From contig CALMRE010000243.1 of NCBI GenBank assembly GCA_937871295.1, forward strand, positions 1,027 through 65,026: a stretch of DNA of 64,000 nucleotides, read 5' to 3'. The DNA is from an uncultured bacterium (lineage in GTDB: Bacteria > UBP6 > UBA1177 > JAKLFG01). Numbering within the stretch: position 1 is the first letter of the stretch; each line of letters starts with the position of its first letter. The notes under the pieces are model-generated. The model was given only the letters and a program-made list of their open reading frames with translations, ran no database searches and was not told the DNA's origin. Of the stretch, positions 19,705 through 28,262 are shown one piece after another. Made by a program: the position numbers and the translations under genes.

Positions 19705-21129
19705 ATGAAGCGCGTTCTGGTACCGACGGTGTTTGCGTTACTGCTGATCGCGGGCTGTTCCAGCTCCGATTCTAACGCCACCGACGAAGAGATCGTGAAC
19801 GATACGGCGACTGCCGACGCTGACGCTTTTGATGATCCGACCGATCAGCCTGACCTGAGCGAAGTCGAAGGTTCCGACGACCTGACCGACGACACGCTCA
19901 TCGGGGAGGACGCCGACGAAATGCCCGACACCGACGAGCCGGAATTCCTGTCGGGGTTCGACACGACGGGAAAGACCTGCCTCACCGACATCCCGGAGGG
20001 GCGGATCATCCTCGCGACGGCGAAGGACTATACCGATAGCGAGGCGCCGTGGCGCGTCTATGTGCTGGTCCTGAAAGATGATGGGACGCTCATCGACACC
20101 GGGAGCTATTTCGATACCGACAAAACGCTCGAAGGGATCGGGTTCAACGCGAACGGCCGGCTCGCCGCCGTATCGTCGTGGGATACCGGGTTTGTGACCT
20201 TGTTCGCGCTCGTCGGCCGGACGCTCTGCATCGCCGAAACGGGGATCGTACTCCCCAACCTTGCCGAGAATGAGCGGGTGATCTTCGATCAGATAACAGC
20301 CGACCCCGCCGACCCCTACCGGTTCTATCTCACCTACGGCAACCCGATAACGACCGACCAGTACAGCAATTACTCCGGCGGCATCTACACCATGACGGTC
20401 GACGACACCGGACACGCGACCATCCTGACCGACCACCCGGCGATGCATGTCCCGACCGCCTTCACGCCTCTTCCGGGGGGCACACTGGCGGTCGCACTCG
20501 GCGGGAAAGAGTTCATCCTCGATGAGGGAAGCTCCCTCGGGACGGCGGGCCCCGACGATCTCGCGCTGCTCAGCATCTCAACGAATACGCCGGAGGTGCT
20601 CCAATGGTTCGATGTCTGGGGAACGCCGGGGGCGAACGGATCGGGTCCCTCGGTGAAAAATATCGGGGTCGACGGCGGCGGTAACCTGCTGATAGCGAAT
20701 TCGAGCGAATACGCGGAGGATACGGGGGTCATCAAACTGCTCTCCTATGACGGCGGGACCGGCACCATGACCACACAGGCCGAGTTCCTCGACGCGACGA
20801 ATCTCGATTCGCCCGACTATCTCGTCCTCAACAATGCGGGCGATACGGCGGTGGTGATGAACGGCTATTTCAAGGGGGCGACGCTCGGCATCACCGCCGA
20901 CGCGATCACCTATGTCAAGAAGGAGACGCACGATCTCACGCAGCCGATGATAAAGCTGCACGGGGCGCCGTTCGTGGATCATGTGCTTATCAGTTCGTTC
21001 CACAGTTCGAACGATGAGTCGGGGTCGATAACGATCGCCGAGATAACGGCGGAAGGGCTCGTCGAAGTGTCATCCACTCAGGTGCCGCTCAGCGACAGCT
21101 ACATGCTCGACAACCTGACGGTGCAATAA
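19705..21129 (+). CDS. lipoprotein with an acidic linker, hypothetical (possibly beta-propeller-like)
   Basis: SD AAGGGAGG, lipobox LLIAGC, and a D/E/T-rich N-terminal linker. Confidence 0.6.
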   Translation: MKRVLVPTVFALLLIAGCSSSDSNATDEEIVNDTATADADAFDDPTDQPDLSEVEGSDDLTDDTLIGEDADEMPDTDEPEFLSGFDTTGKTCLTDIPEGRIILATAKDYTDSEAPWRVYVLVLKDDGTLIDTGSYFDTDKTLEGIGFNANGRLAAVSSWDTGFVTLFALVGRTLCIAETGIVLPNLAENERVIFDQITADPADPYRFYLTYGNPITTDQYSNYSGGIYTMTVDDTGHATILTDHPAMHVPTAFTPLPGGTLAVALGGKEFILDEGSSLGTAGPDDLALLSISTNTPEVLQWFDVWGTPGANGSGPSVKNIGVDGGGNLLIANSSEYAEDTGVIKLLSYDGGTGTMTTQAEFLDATNLDSPDYLVLNNAGDTAVVMNGYFKGATLGITADAITYVKKETHDLTQPMIKLHGAPFVDHVLISSFHSSNDESGSITIAEITAEGLVEVSSTQVPLSDSYMLDNLTVQ

Positions 21130-21149
21130 GACCACAGAAATCCCGTCAA

Positions 21150-21169
21150 GCCCCCTTTGACAAGGGGGC
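21150..21169. other. GC-rich perfect hairpin (GCCCCCTT-tgac-AAGGGGGC) at the junction of the lipoprotein gene and the AT-rich segment
   Basis: 8-bp perfect inverted repeat with no following U-tract. It shares the CCCT..AGGG motif with the hairpins at 19544 and 19576. Confidence 0.4.
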
Positions 21170-21191
21170 GGAAGGAAAAATGCCTAGAAAA

Positions 21192-21488
21192 TTAAAAGAG
21201 AAAGCGACTTGCGAGATATATGGCCAAAACAGCCATCACTATATTGGCGACTAGAAAAGTCAACAAGCCCAAACGAAAAAACAAAGTCAGTTTAGAATTT
21301 CGTGAAAACACTCCCAGCGTCACGCATGCTACAACCACAATAAAAGTTTGAGCCGGTGCAGCAAACACAAGCAGGTAATGCATTTGGATATTAGCGATCC
21401 AGAAAGACAGCAGAATATAATCATAAATCAATAACAGGGGAACAACCAAATATGACCATACCCGCGGATCGGGGCGTAAAATACGCAT
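21192..21488 (-). CDS. small 3-TM membrane protein, hypothetical, in AT-rich DNA
   Basis: 98 aa starting at M33 of the track ORF (MRILRPDPRVWSYLVVPLLLIY...). The upstream part of the track ORF is the duplicated malQ tail read through. Confidence 0.4.
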   Translation of the reverse strand: MRILRPDPRVWSYLVVPLLLIYDYILLSFWIANIQMHYLLVFAAPAQTFIVVVACVTLGVFSRNSKLTLFFRLGLLTFLVANIVMAVLAIYLASRFLF

Positions 21489-21531
21489 GAGTTTCGAACG
21501 CTTTTCTTCGTCCACTATTTCACTCGCTGTG

Positions 21532-21612
21532 CTCATTCCGGTTGTAGAGCCACGAGAGTTCGGCGAGTCCCCACGCCGCCTCATCGCGAATATCGTCGTG
21601 CGTGAACCGGAA
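21532..21612. repeat. decayed duplicate of the malQ 3' coding end (direct repeat partner of 23275-23355)
   Basis: About 92% identity over the 81-bp core. Weaker similarity continues on both sides, roughly 21523-21630, and the differences in this copy are mostly G-to-A. Confidence 0.8.
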
Positions 21613-21659
21613 AATCCCGTTATATTGATGAGATACGGTCATTTTGCCCATGTGTTTCA

Positions 21660-21767
21660 TCAATTACCCATCAATTACCAAGATGTCGATGAACCTTATA
21701 AATATTAGCATGTTACCACTGTCCCTGCTGACCATGATCCTTGTTCTGTCAATTACCCATCAATTAC
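21660..21767. repeat. pair of 19-bp perfect direct repeats TCAATTACCCATCAATTAC (21660-21678 and 21749-21767), each with an internal CAATTAC duplication
   Basis: The second copy lies 4 nt downstream of the AlbA_2 gene stop. Confidence 0.7.
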
Positions 21768-21770
21768 TGC

Positions 21771-23237
21771 TCAAGCCCAGAATGGAACATACTTCATAAG
21801 TTTCCTCGCCGCATCTCCATCGAAGGGTCTGATCATACCAGCATCTACCGCCTCGCGAATGTAGCGAGAGATAATAGCCTTGTTCTTTTCTTCCACTCCC
21901 AACCGTTCACGCAATGAGGCGTTGGTTAAGTAATCGCGCATGACCCACTTCAAGCAAGCGTGCAAATAACAAGCCCTTATGCGATCCTCTTTGTCCATGC
22001 GGTTCAACGGCTTGTGCGCAAACAGCACCACTCTGGTGAAATCACCCGAAACATCAGTCAACGGAGCGGGCAGTTGGTAGAGTTCTGTCTGAAAAACCAC
22101 CTTGTCCCAACCACTGCCACGCTCTTCACAGATACCGATACGCCGCATCAGCGAAGCAAGCGATTCGTTTCGCGACTTCGGCGGGGTGTCGACAAAACGC
22201 TGCGCATCCACCAATGGCACCCCCGGATTGGTTATCTCGATACGATCGGAAAAGATTTCGACCATCGGCCCGGCGCCGGTAACAAAGTAGTCTTGATGAA
22301 TAAGGGCATTCGCCACCAACTCGCGGACCGCCAGTTGGGGAAACATCGGAACGGTCTTTCGTAACGCCTGTCCAATCACCTCATTAGAGGGCACCAATCC
22401 ATTGACGAAACCGATCAATCCCTCGAATCCGCAGGCATATCCCTTGCCACCGACCTGTTCTTTGACCGTCTCGACACGGCTTGCGCCTTTATACTGGATG
22501 ACCCGCATCGCTTTGCGCTGAAGTGAGTGAAAATCTTTCAGTTGCTTGGCAAAAAGGATGGCACCCATATTCGTAATGTTCCAACCGCCCGCATCGCAGG
22601 GGCAGATCAATCGGTCCTCAGCCAACGCTTTCAGAATACCGGCACGACCTTCCGGCAACGGTCGCTTGAGCAAATCAAAGTAGGATGGATAGTCAAGCGT
22701 CCGAAGGACATCATCATCGTGCATTCGCTCTGCGGCAATTCCGTCCTCAAATGGAGTGCGATCAAATATACGCCACAACTCCCGTTCCTTTTCCGAGAAG
22801 TCTTTGAGCCGCTTCTTATAAGAACCCACACGGATGTATTCATTGTTCTGGAATTGAACCGGGTGTCTGAATGCTCTGCCGATCTCCAATAATACGGTAT
22901 GCTTTCCCTCCATGTCGATCTCATGGAAACGGAAGGTTATCTTCGGCGTAAGAAGCTTCAGAAGCCAGTTCTCTAACTCTTCGTTACCGACCTTCGTTTT
23001 TGAGGGAAAGAATGTTGTTCCCACGACCTCATGCGTGGAATCGACAACTCCCCACAGCAAATATGCGTTGGCTTTGCCACACAATGCGGCGGAATTAGAA
23101 AGGGCCGAAATATATTCTCCCAGTTCTTGTGGTTCGGCATAATTCATCTTAAATTCTACCCATTCAATCTCTTTGGGCAGTTTGAGAAGTTCGCCGAGCA
23201 AACTTATTAAATATTCTTGCCCCCGATCACTCGGCAT
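21771..23237 (-). CDS. AlbA_2 (Schlafen-like divergent AAA) + HATPase_c_4 domain protein, of the kind often annotated as a putative transcriptional regulator or RecG-related ATP-binding protein
   Basis: Started at M64 of the track ORF (MPSDRGQEYLIS...), the ATG at 23235-23237. EIEWVEFKMNYAEP...AALCGKANAYLLWGVVDSTHEVVG matches the AlbA_2 pattern. RELVANALIHQDYFVTGAGPMVEIFSDRIEITNPG matches HATPase_c_4. The gene lies in AT-rich DNA. Confidence 0.7.
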   Translation of the reverse strand: MPSDRGQEYLISLLGELLKLPKEIEWVEFKMNYAEPQELGEYISALSNSAALCGKANAYLLWGVVDSTHEVVGTTFFPSKTKVGNEELENWLLKLLTPKITFRFHEIDMEGKHTVLLEIGRAFRHPVQFQNNEYIRVGSYKKRLKDFSEKERELWRIFDRTPFEDGIAAERMHDDDVLRTLDYPSYFDLLKRPLPEGRAGILKALAEDRLICPCDAGGWNITNMGAILFAKQLKDFHSLQRKAMRVIQYKGASRVETVKEQVGGKGYACGFEGLIGFVNGLVPSNEVIGQALRKTVPMFPQLAVRELVANALIHQDYFVTGAGPMVEIFSDRIEITNPGVPLVDAQRFVDTPPKSRNESLASLMRRIGICEERGSGWDKVVFQTELYQLPAPLTDVSGDFTRVVLFAHKPLNRMDKEDRIRACYLHACLKWVMRDYLTNASLRERLGVEEKNKAIISRYIREAVDAGMIRPFDGDAARKLMKYVPFWA

Positions 23238-23262
23238 TCTTGCCCTCCCCCTACAATGAATC

Positions 23263-24768
23263 CTATTTCTCGTCGTGCTCGTTCCGGTTGTAGAGCCACG
23301 AGAGTTCGGCGAGTCCCCACGCCGCTTCGTCGCGGATGTCATCGTGCGTGAACCGGAAGGTCCAGTTGTGGAGCCCCATCGTCCCCGGCGTATTGAACCG
23401 CGCCTCAGACCCCATCCCCAGCACATCCTGCATCGGCATCACCGCGTACTGCGCCACACTCCCGTAGGCAAGCCGGATGAGCGCCCAAGCGGGGCTATCG
23501 CCCCACCGCAGGCCGAGATAACGGTTTATCTCCCGACGGTCGTGCTCGTAGATGGAGCGATACCACCCCATCACCGTGTCGTTGTCATGCGTCCCGGTGT
23601 AGACGGCGCAGTTGGTGGTCGTGTAGTTGTGCGGCAAAAAGGCATTTTCGGGCGCGTCGAATCCGAATTGGAGCACCTTCATTCCGGGGAAACCGAAGTG
23701 CTCGCGCAGTTCGACCACATCCTCCGATATGACGCCGAGATCCTCGGCGATGACCGGCAGTTCGCCGAAATGTGTTTTAAGCGCGTCGAAGAGTTTCTTG
23801 CCGGGGCTCTTTTTCCATTTCCCGTTCACCGCCGTTTCATCGCACGCGGGCACCGCCCAGCACGCCGCGAAGCCGCGGAAGTGATCGATGCGGACGATGT
23901 CGAAGAGTTTGAACGACTGCGCGAAGCGCCTCTTCCACCAGTCGAAACCGTCCTCCTCCATCCGCTTCCAGTCGTAGAGCGGGTTGCCCCACAACTGGCC
24001 GGTCGGCGAGAAGTAGTCGGGCGGCACCCCCGCGAGGAAGGTCCGCTTGCCGTTCTTGAGGAGAAAATAGTCCTGATGGGCCCAGACATCCACGCTGTCG
24101 AACGAAACGAATATCGGGATGTCGCCCACGATGCGGATGCCGCGTTCGTTGGCGTATCTCTTGAGCGCCCCCCACTGCCGGTGGAAGAGCCACTGGATGA
24201 ACTGGTGGCGCAGGATATCGTCGGCCGATTCCTGCATGAAGCGGGCGAGCGACGCCGGACGCCGCTCCCGGAACTCTATCGGCCACTCGTGCCAGCAGGT
24301 GGTGCCGAACTTCTCGCGGAGCGCCGCGTAGAGCGCGTAGTCGCCGAGCCAGTGGCTGTTGTCGGTGCGGAACTTCGCCATCTCGTCGAACCGGTCGCGC
24401 GTTTTCTGAAAAGTCGCGAAAGCGGCCCGCAGCAACGCATCGGAGAGATCGCGCGCACTATCGAAGTTGACCCGGCGCGGATCGGGCGCCGGGACCTTGA
24501 AGGGTGATGCGTCGGCGATAAGTCCCTCTTCCGCGAGGGTGTCGGCGTCTATCAGCCACGGGTTCCCGGCGAAGGCCGAATGTGAATTGTAGGGACAGCC
24601 GTCGTAGGAGGTGGGGGTGAGCGGCAGTATCTGCCAGAGCGTCTGCTTGCCGGTGGCCAACCAGTCGACGAACCGGCGCGCCGCATCGCCGAAGGTGCCG
24701 ATGGGGCCGGGGCCGGGCAGGGCCGCGGGGTGAAGAATGATGCCGCTGGAACGATGAAGAGTGGTCAT
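23263..24768 (-). CDS. malQ: 4-alpha-glucanotransferase (amylomaltase, GH77)
   Basis: 501 aa. GIILHPAALPG...QILPLTPT...NPLYDW is typical of MalQ. Confidence 0.9.
   Translation of the reverse strand: MTTLHRSSGIILHPAALPGPGPIGTFGDAARRFVDWLATGKQTLWQILPLTPTSYDGCPYNSHSAFAGNPWLIDADTLAEEGLIADASPFKVPAPDPRRVNFDSARDLSDALLRAAFATFQKTRDRFDEMAKFRTDNSHWLGDYALYAALREKFGTTCWHEWPIEFRERRPASLARFMQESADDILRHQFIQWLFHRQWGALKRYANERGIRIVGDIPIFVSFDSVDVWAHQDYFLLKNGKRTFLAGVPPDYFSPTGQLWGNPLYDWKRMEEDGFDWWKRRFAQSFKLFDIVRIDHFRGFAACWAVPACDETAVNGKWKKSPGKKLFDALKTHFGELPVIAEDLGVISEDVVELREHFGFPGMKVLQFGFDAPENAFLPHNYTTTNCAVYTGTHDNDTVMGWYRSIYEHDRREINRYLGLRWGDSPAWALIRLAYGSVAQYAVMPMQDVLGMGSEARFNTPGTMGLHNWTFRFTHDDIRDEAAWGLAELSWLYNRNEHDEK
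23275..23355. repeat. native malQ 3' end, the direct-repeat partner of 21532-21612
   Basis: Contiguous with the malQ body; see the repeat at 21532. Confidence 0.8.
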
Positions 24769-24924
24769 AATTCTACTCCATAAAGAGATCGTTGCCGTGA
24801 CTTTCCAACCTCACCCCGACCCTCTCCATCGTGTGGAGAGGGAGTATGCGGTCGCCTTTTTTTCCTTCTCCGCACGACGGAGAAGGTGGCCGCAGGCCGG
24901 ATGAGGTTGAAGGGAAAAAGGCGT

Positions 24925-26121
24925 TCATATCAGCATGCCGGCGATATTGGCGGTGACGAAACAGGCGAGCGTCCCGGCGATCATCGCCTTGATGCCGAGC
25001 GCCGCTATCTCGCCGCGCCGCGACGGGGCCATCGTCCCGATGCCGCCGATCAGTATCGCTATCGAGCCGAGATTCGCGAAGCCGCAGAGCGCATAGGTGG
25101 CGATGATTACCGAGCGCGGCGAGAGTTGGCTCGTTCCCGCCTTTATCGTATCGGAAAGATGGGCGTAGGCGACGAATTCGTTGAGTATCGTCTTCTCGCC
25201 GAGGAATACGCCGACCTGCATCGCCTCGCTCCACGGCACCCCCATGCAGAGGGCGAGCGGCGCCATCGCCCAGCCGAGCACCTCCTCCATCGTGACGCCG
25301 AAGAATCCGAAAAAGTAGTTGAAGAAGGCGACAAAGGCGATGAAGGCGAGCAGCATCGCCGCGACATTGATCGCGAGGAAGGCCCCTTCCGACGCGCCGC
25401 GCGCCGCCGCTTCGAGGGCGTTGCGGTCGGTTATCGGGATATCTATCATGCCGCCGCCCGCGGTCACCGGTTTGCCGCTCTCCGGCACCATGATCTTGGC
25501 GAACATGATCGCGGCGGGAGCCGACATGACCGACGCCGCCATCAGATGCCCCGCGCTCACCCCCATCCCGACATAGGCCGCCATCACGCCCCCCGCGATG
25601 GTGGCCATCCCGCCGGTCATCACGCACATCAGTTCCGAGCGAGTCATCGATTCGACATAGGGCCGTATCATGAGCGGCGCCTCGGTCTGGCCGATGAAAA
25701 TATTGGCCGCCGCCGAGAGCGATTCGGCCCCCGAGGTGCCGAACAAATGGCGGAACACGAACGCGAACCCCTTGACCACCTTCTGCAGGATGCCGAAGTA
25801 GTAGAGCACCGTGAAGAACGACGAGAAGAAAATGATGGTGGGAAGTATCTTGAGGGCGAAGGACCATTCTTTCAGCAGGCCGCCGAAGAGGAACTCGCTC
25901 CCGGCGTCGGTGAACTGCATCATCTTGGAAAAGACGCGGTTGACGATGTCGAAGAGCCACTCGCCCGGGGCGGTCTTGAGGATGAAGAGGGCGAAGAGCA
26001 ACTGGACGACGATCCCCATGATGACGATGCGCCAGTTGAACCGCTTGCGGTCCTCCGACAGGAGCCACGCAAGGAGCACGAACACGAATATGCCGATGAA
26101 ACTGAGGAACTGGTAAAACAT
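24925..26121 (-). CDS. NupC/CNT-family concentrative nucleoside transporter
   Basis: 399 aa from the ATG at 26119-26121 (MFYQFLSFIGIFVF...). Polytopic, with GFANLGSIAIL and LIGQTEAPLMIRPY blocks typical of the NupC family. Confidence 0.7.
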   Translation of the reverse strand: MFYQFLSFIGIFVFVLLAWLLSEDRKRFNWRIVIMGIVVQLLFALFILKTAPGEWLFDIVNRVFSKMMQFTDAGSEFLFGGLLKEWSFALKILPTIIFFSSFFTVLYYFGILQKVVKGFAFVFRHLFGTSGAESLSAAANIFIGQTEAPLMIRPYVESMTRSELMCVMTGGMATIAGGVMAAYVGMGVSAGHLMAASVMSAPAAIMFAKIMVPESGKPVTAGGGMIDIPITDRNALEAAARGASEGAFLAINVAAMLLAFIAFVAFFNYFFGFFGVTMEEVLGWAMAPLALCMGVPWSEAMQVGVFLGEKTILNEFVAYAHLSDTIKAGTSQLSPRSVIIATYALCGFANLGSIAILIGGIGTMAPSRRGEIAALGIKAMIAGTLACFVTANIAGMLI

Positions 26122-26250
26122 CGAACCCTCCGTCACAAGACGATGTCCCATTATAGTAGGTCGGCGACGCGATGCAATTTTATACGGCACGGTAAAACTT
26201 GCCATTAATCACGCATCGTTTATAGTTTTCCGAACCCGTGGAGAGTCGCC

Positions 26251-27213
26251 ATGAAACTGGTCATCCAGATACCCTGTTACAATGAGGCGCAGCACCTGCC
26301 CGCCACCGTCGCCGATCTGCCGAAAAAGATAGAAGGCATCGACGAGATAACGGTGCTGGTCATCGACGACGGATCGGCAGACGACACCTCCGAGGTCGCC
26401 CGGTCGCTCGGCGCGACGGTGGTGCGCCATACCGCCAACCGCGGGCTCGCCGCCGCCTTTATGACCGGCATCCATACGGCGCTCGGGCTCAAGGCCGACA
26501 TCATCGTCAATACCGACGCCGACAATCAGTATCGCGGCGAGTGCATCCCCGATCTGGTCCGGCCGGTGCTTGAGAAGCGGGCCGACATGGTGGTGGGGGT
26601 CCGTCCGATCACCGAGATAGAACACTTCTCGGCGGTGAAAAAAGTTCTCCAGAAACTCGGCAGCGCGGTGGTCCGGCTCGCCTCCGGGACGCGGGTCGAG
26701 GACGCCCCGAGCGGGTTCCGCGCCATGAGCCGCGAGGCGGCGCTGCGCATCAACGTCTTTTCCGACTATTCGTATACACTGGAGACGATCATCCAGAGCG
26801 GCCTCAAGAACATCGTCATCGCCACGGTGCCGGTCACCGTCAATCCGCCGACGCGGCCGTCGCGCCTGTTCCGGTCGACCTTCGGCTATGTGCTGCGGTC
26901 GCTGACCACCATCGCGCGGATATTCCTCATCTACCGGTCGTTCCGGTTCCTCGCGCTGACCGGCGGGACCATCTTCGGGGTCGGTTTCGTGCTGGGACTC
27001 CGGTTCCTGTACTATTTCATCGACGGGACCGGCGACGGCCACCTCCAGAGTTTGCTGCTCGGCGCGGTGCTTCTCATCACCGGGTTCCAGACCTTTCTGA
27101 TCGGCATCATCGCCGACCTTATCGCGGCGAATCGCAAGATGCTCGAAGAGATGCAGTACCTCCAGCGCAAGGAAGTCCTCGCGCGGCAGGAGAACGAACC
27201 CCGACGGTCATAA
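26251..27213 (+). CDS. GT2 polyprenol-phosphate glycosyltransferase (DPM1/ArnC/GtrB-like) with C-terminal TM helices
   Basis: IPCYNEAQHL, VIDDGSADDT and DADNQY (DxD) motifs, plus 2 to 4 C-terminal TM segments. Confidence 0.75.
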   Translation: MKLVIQIPCYNEAQHLPATVADLPKKIEGIDEITVLVIDDGSADDTSEVARSLGATVVRHTANRGLAAAFMTGIHTALGLKADIIVNTDADNQYRGECIPDLVRPVLEKRADMVVGVRPITEIEHFSAVKKVLQKLGSAVVRLASGTRVEDAPSGFRAMSREAALRINVFSDYSYTLETIIQSGLKNIVIATVPVTVNPPTRPSRLFRSTFGYVLRSLTTIARIFLIYRSFRFLALTGGTIFGVGFVLGLRFLYYFIDGTGDGHLQSLLLGAVLLITGFQTFLIGIIADLIAANRKMLEEMQYLQRKEVLARQENEPRRS

Positions 27214-27224
27214 GGGGAACGGAT

Positions 27225-28103
27225 ATGGCGCCTCTCTGTTCGATCATCATTCCGACGCTGGGCAGGGATTCTCTCTATCCTCTCGTGTTCGAACTGCTGA
27301 AACAGAGGACCGCTTTCTCCTTCGATATCGTTCTTCTGCCGCAGGTCCCGTTGAAGGAGGAACTCCTGCAACACCCGCAGGTCCGGCTTTTTTACGAACC
27401 TCCGGGAAAAGGCTTCGCGTACTACCGCAACAAAGGGGTGGAAAAAAGCACCGGCGCGATACTGGCCTTCATCGACGACGATGAACTGCCGCTGAACCCT
27501 GACTGGCTCAGCACCCTGACCAGCCCGATACGGGAAGGACACGAGGCGGCGGTGACCGCCGGATACCGGATAGCGCTGGGACAGGGGTATCTGACCGACT
27601 GCGGCTCCCTGCTCGGCTTCCCGGGCGGCGGGGCGGTCGGCTTCGAGACCATGTGGCCGCTCGGGGGAGGCGTCCACACCGACCATATCTGCACCGGGAA
27701 CCTCGCGCTGCGGCGCGAAACGCTGGTCGACGCCGGCGGCTTCGACCCCGAACTCCGATCGGGCAACGAGGATGTGGAACTGGGCGAACGGCTCTCCCGG
27801 GGGGGCATCCGGATACGGTACCTGCCCGAAGCGACCGTCTCCCATGTGGCGCGGCGGGGCTATCTCAATTTCCTCCGGTGGAACCGCCTGCGCGGTATCT
27901 CCGCGGCGGGCTATCTGAAGAACCGGGACGGGCGGCACAAGGTGACCGGCAGACTCTCCTCCTCACGCAGGATACTGGCAAAAGTGGCGGCGGAGCGGCC
28001 CCGCTACCTGCCGGGTGTGCTTTTTATGATGTTCTCCCAGTACCTTGCGCAGACCGTCGGCTATCTTTCCGCCAAAGGGGAACAAAAGGAGGCTCCCGCG
28101 TGA
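27225..28103 (+). CDS. glycosyltransferase family 2
   Basis: SIIIPTLGRDS, AFIDDDE and NEDVELGERL motifs of the GT2 fold. Confidence 0.7.
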   Translation: MAPLCSIIIPTLGRDSLYPLVFELLKQRTAFSFDIVLLPQVPLKEELLQHPQVRLFYEPPGKGFAYYRNKGVEKSTGAILAFIDDDELPLNPDWLSTLTSPIREGHEAAVTAGYRIALGQGYLTDCGSLLGFPGGGAVGFETMWPLGGGVHTDHICTGNLALRRETLVDAGGFDPELRSGNEDVELGERLSRGGIRIRYLPEATVSHVARRGYLNFLRWNRLRGISAAGYLKNRDGRHKVTGRLSSSRRILAKVAAERPRYLPGVLFMMFSQYLAQTVGYLSAKGEQKEAPA

Positions 28104-28262
28104 AGAACCGCCGCCGTACCGGCACGAATAAATTGCAATCGGGAAAGGCTCTTGCTATGATTCGCGAACGCTTCGACCGCCAACGGCATCCGCGGACGGT
28201 CCGGAACGCGGCGACAGGCAGGAAGAAAGGCATGGGTCAACAGCAACGGTAGGCCACAGCGC

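Noticed and set aside
23241-23263. The 10-mer CCCCTACAAT shared by the right end of the palindromic element (19633-19643) and the junction of malQ stop and AlbA_2 start
   Set aside because: A single 10-mer match in 64 kb is within chance expectation, and there is no second TIR partner near 23.2 kb. It is noted only in case a genome-wide search gives it meaning.
23238-23426. 5' extension of the AlbA_2 ORF (MCWGWGLRRG...) and the N-terminal RRGDSPNSRGSTTG part of the ORF at 21192-21584
   Set aside because: Both are read-through of the malQ 3' end and its duplicate in the wrong frame. Internal ATGs with sensible context at 23237 and 21488 were used instead.
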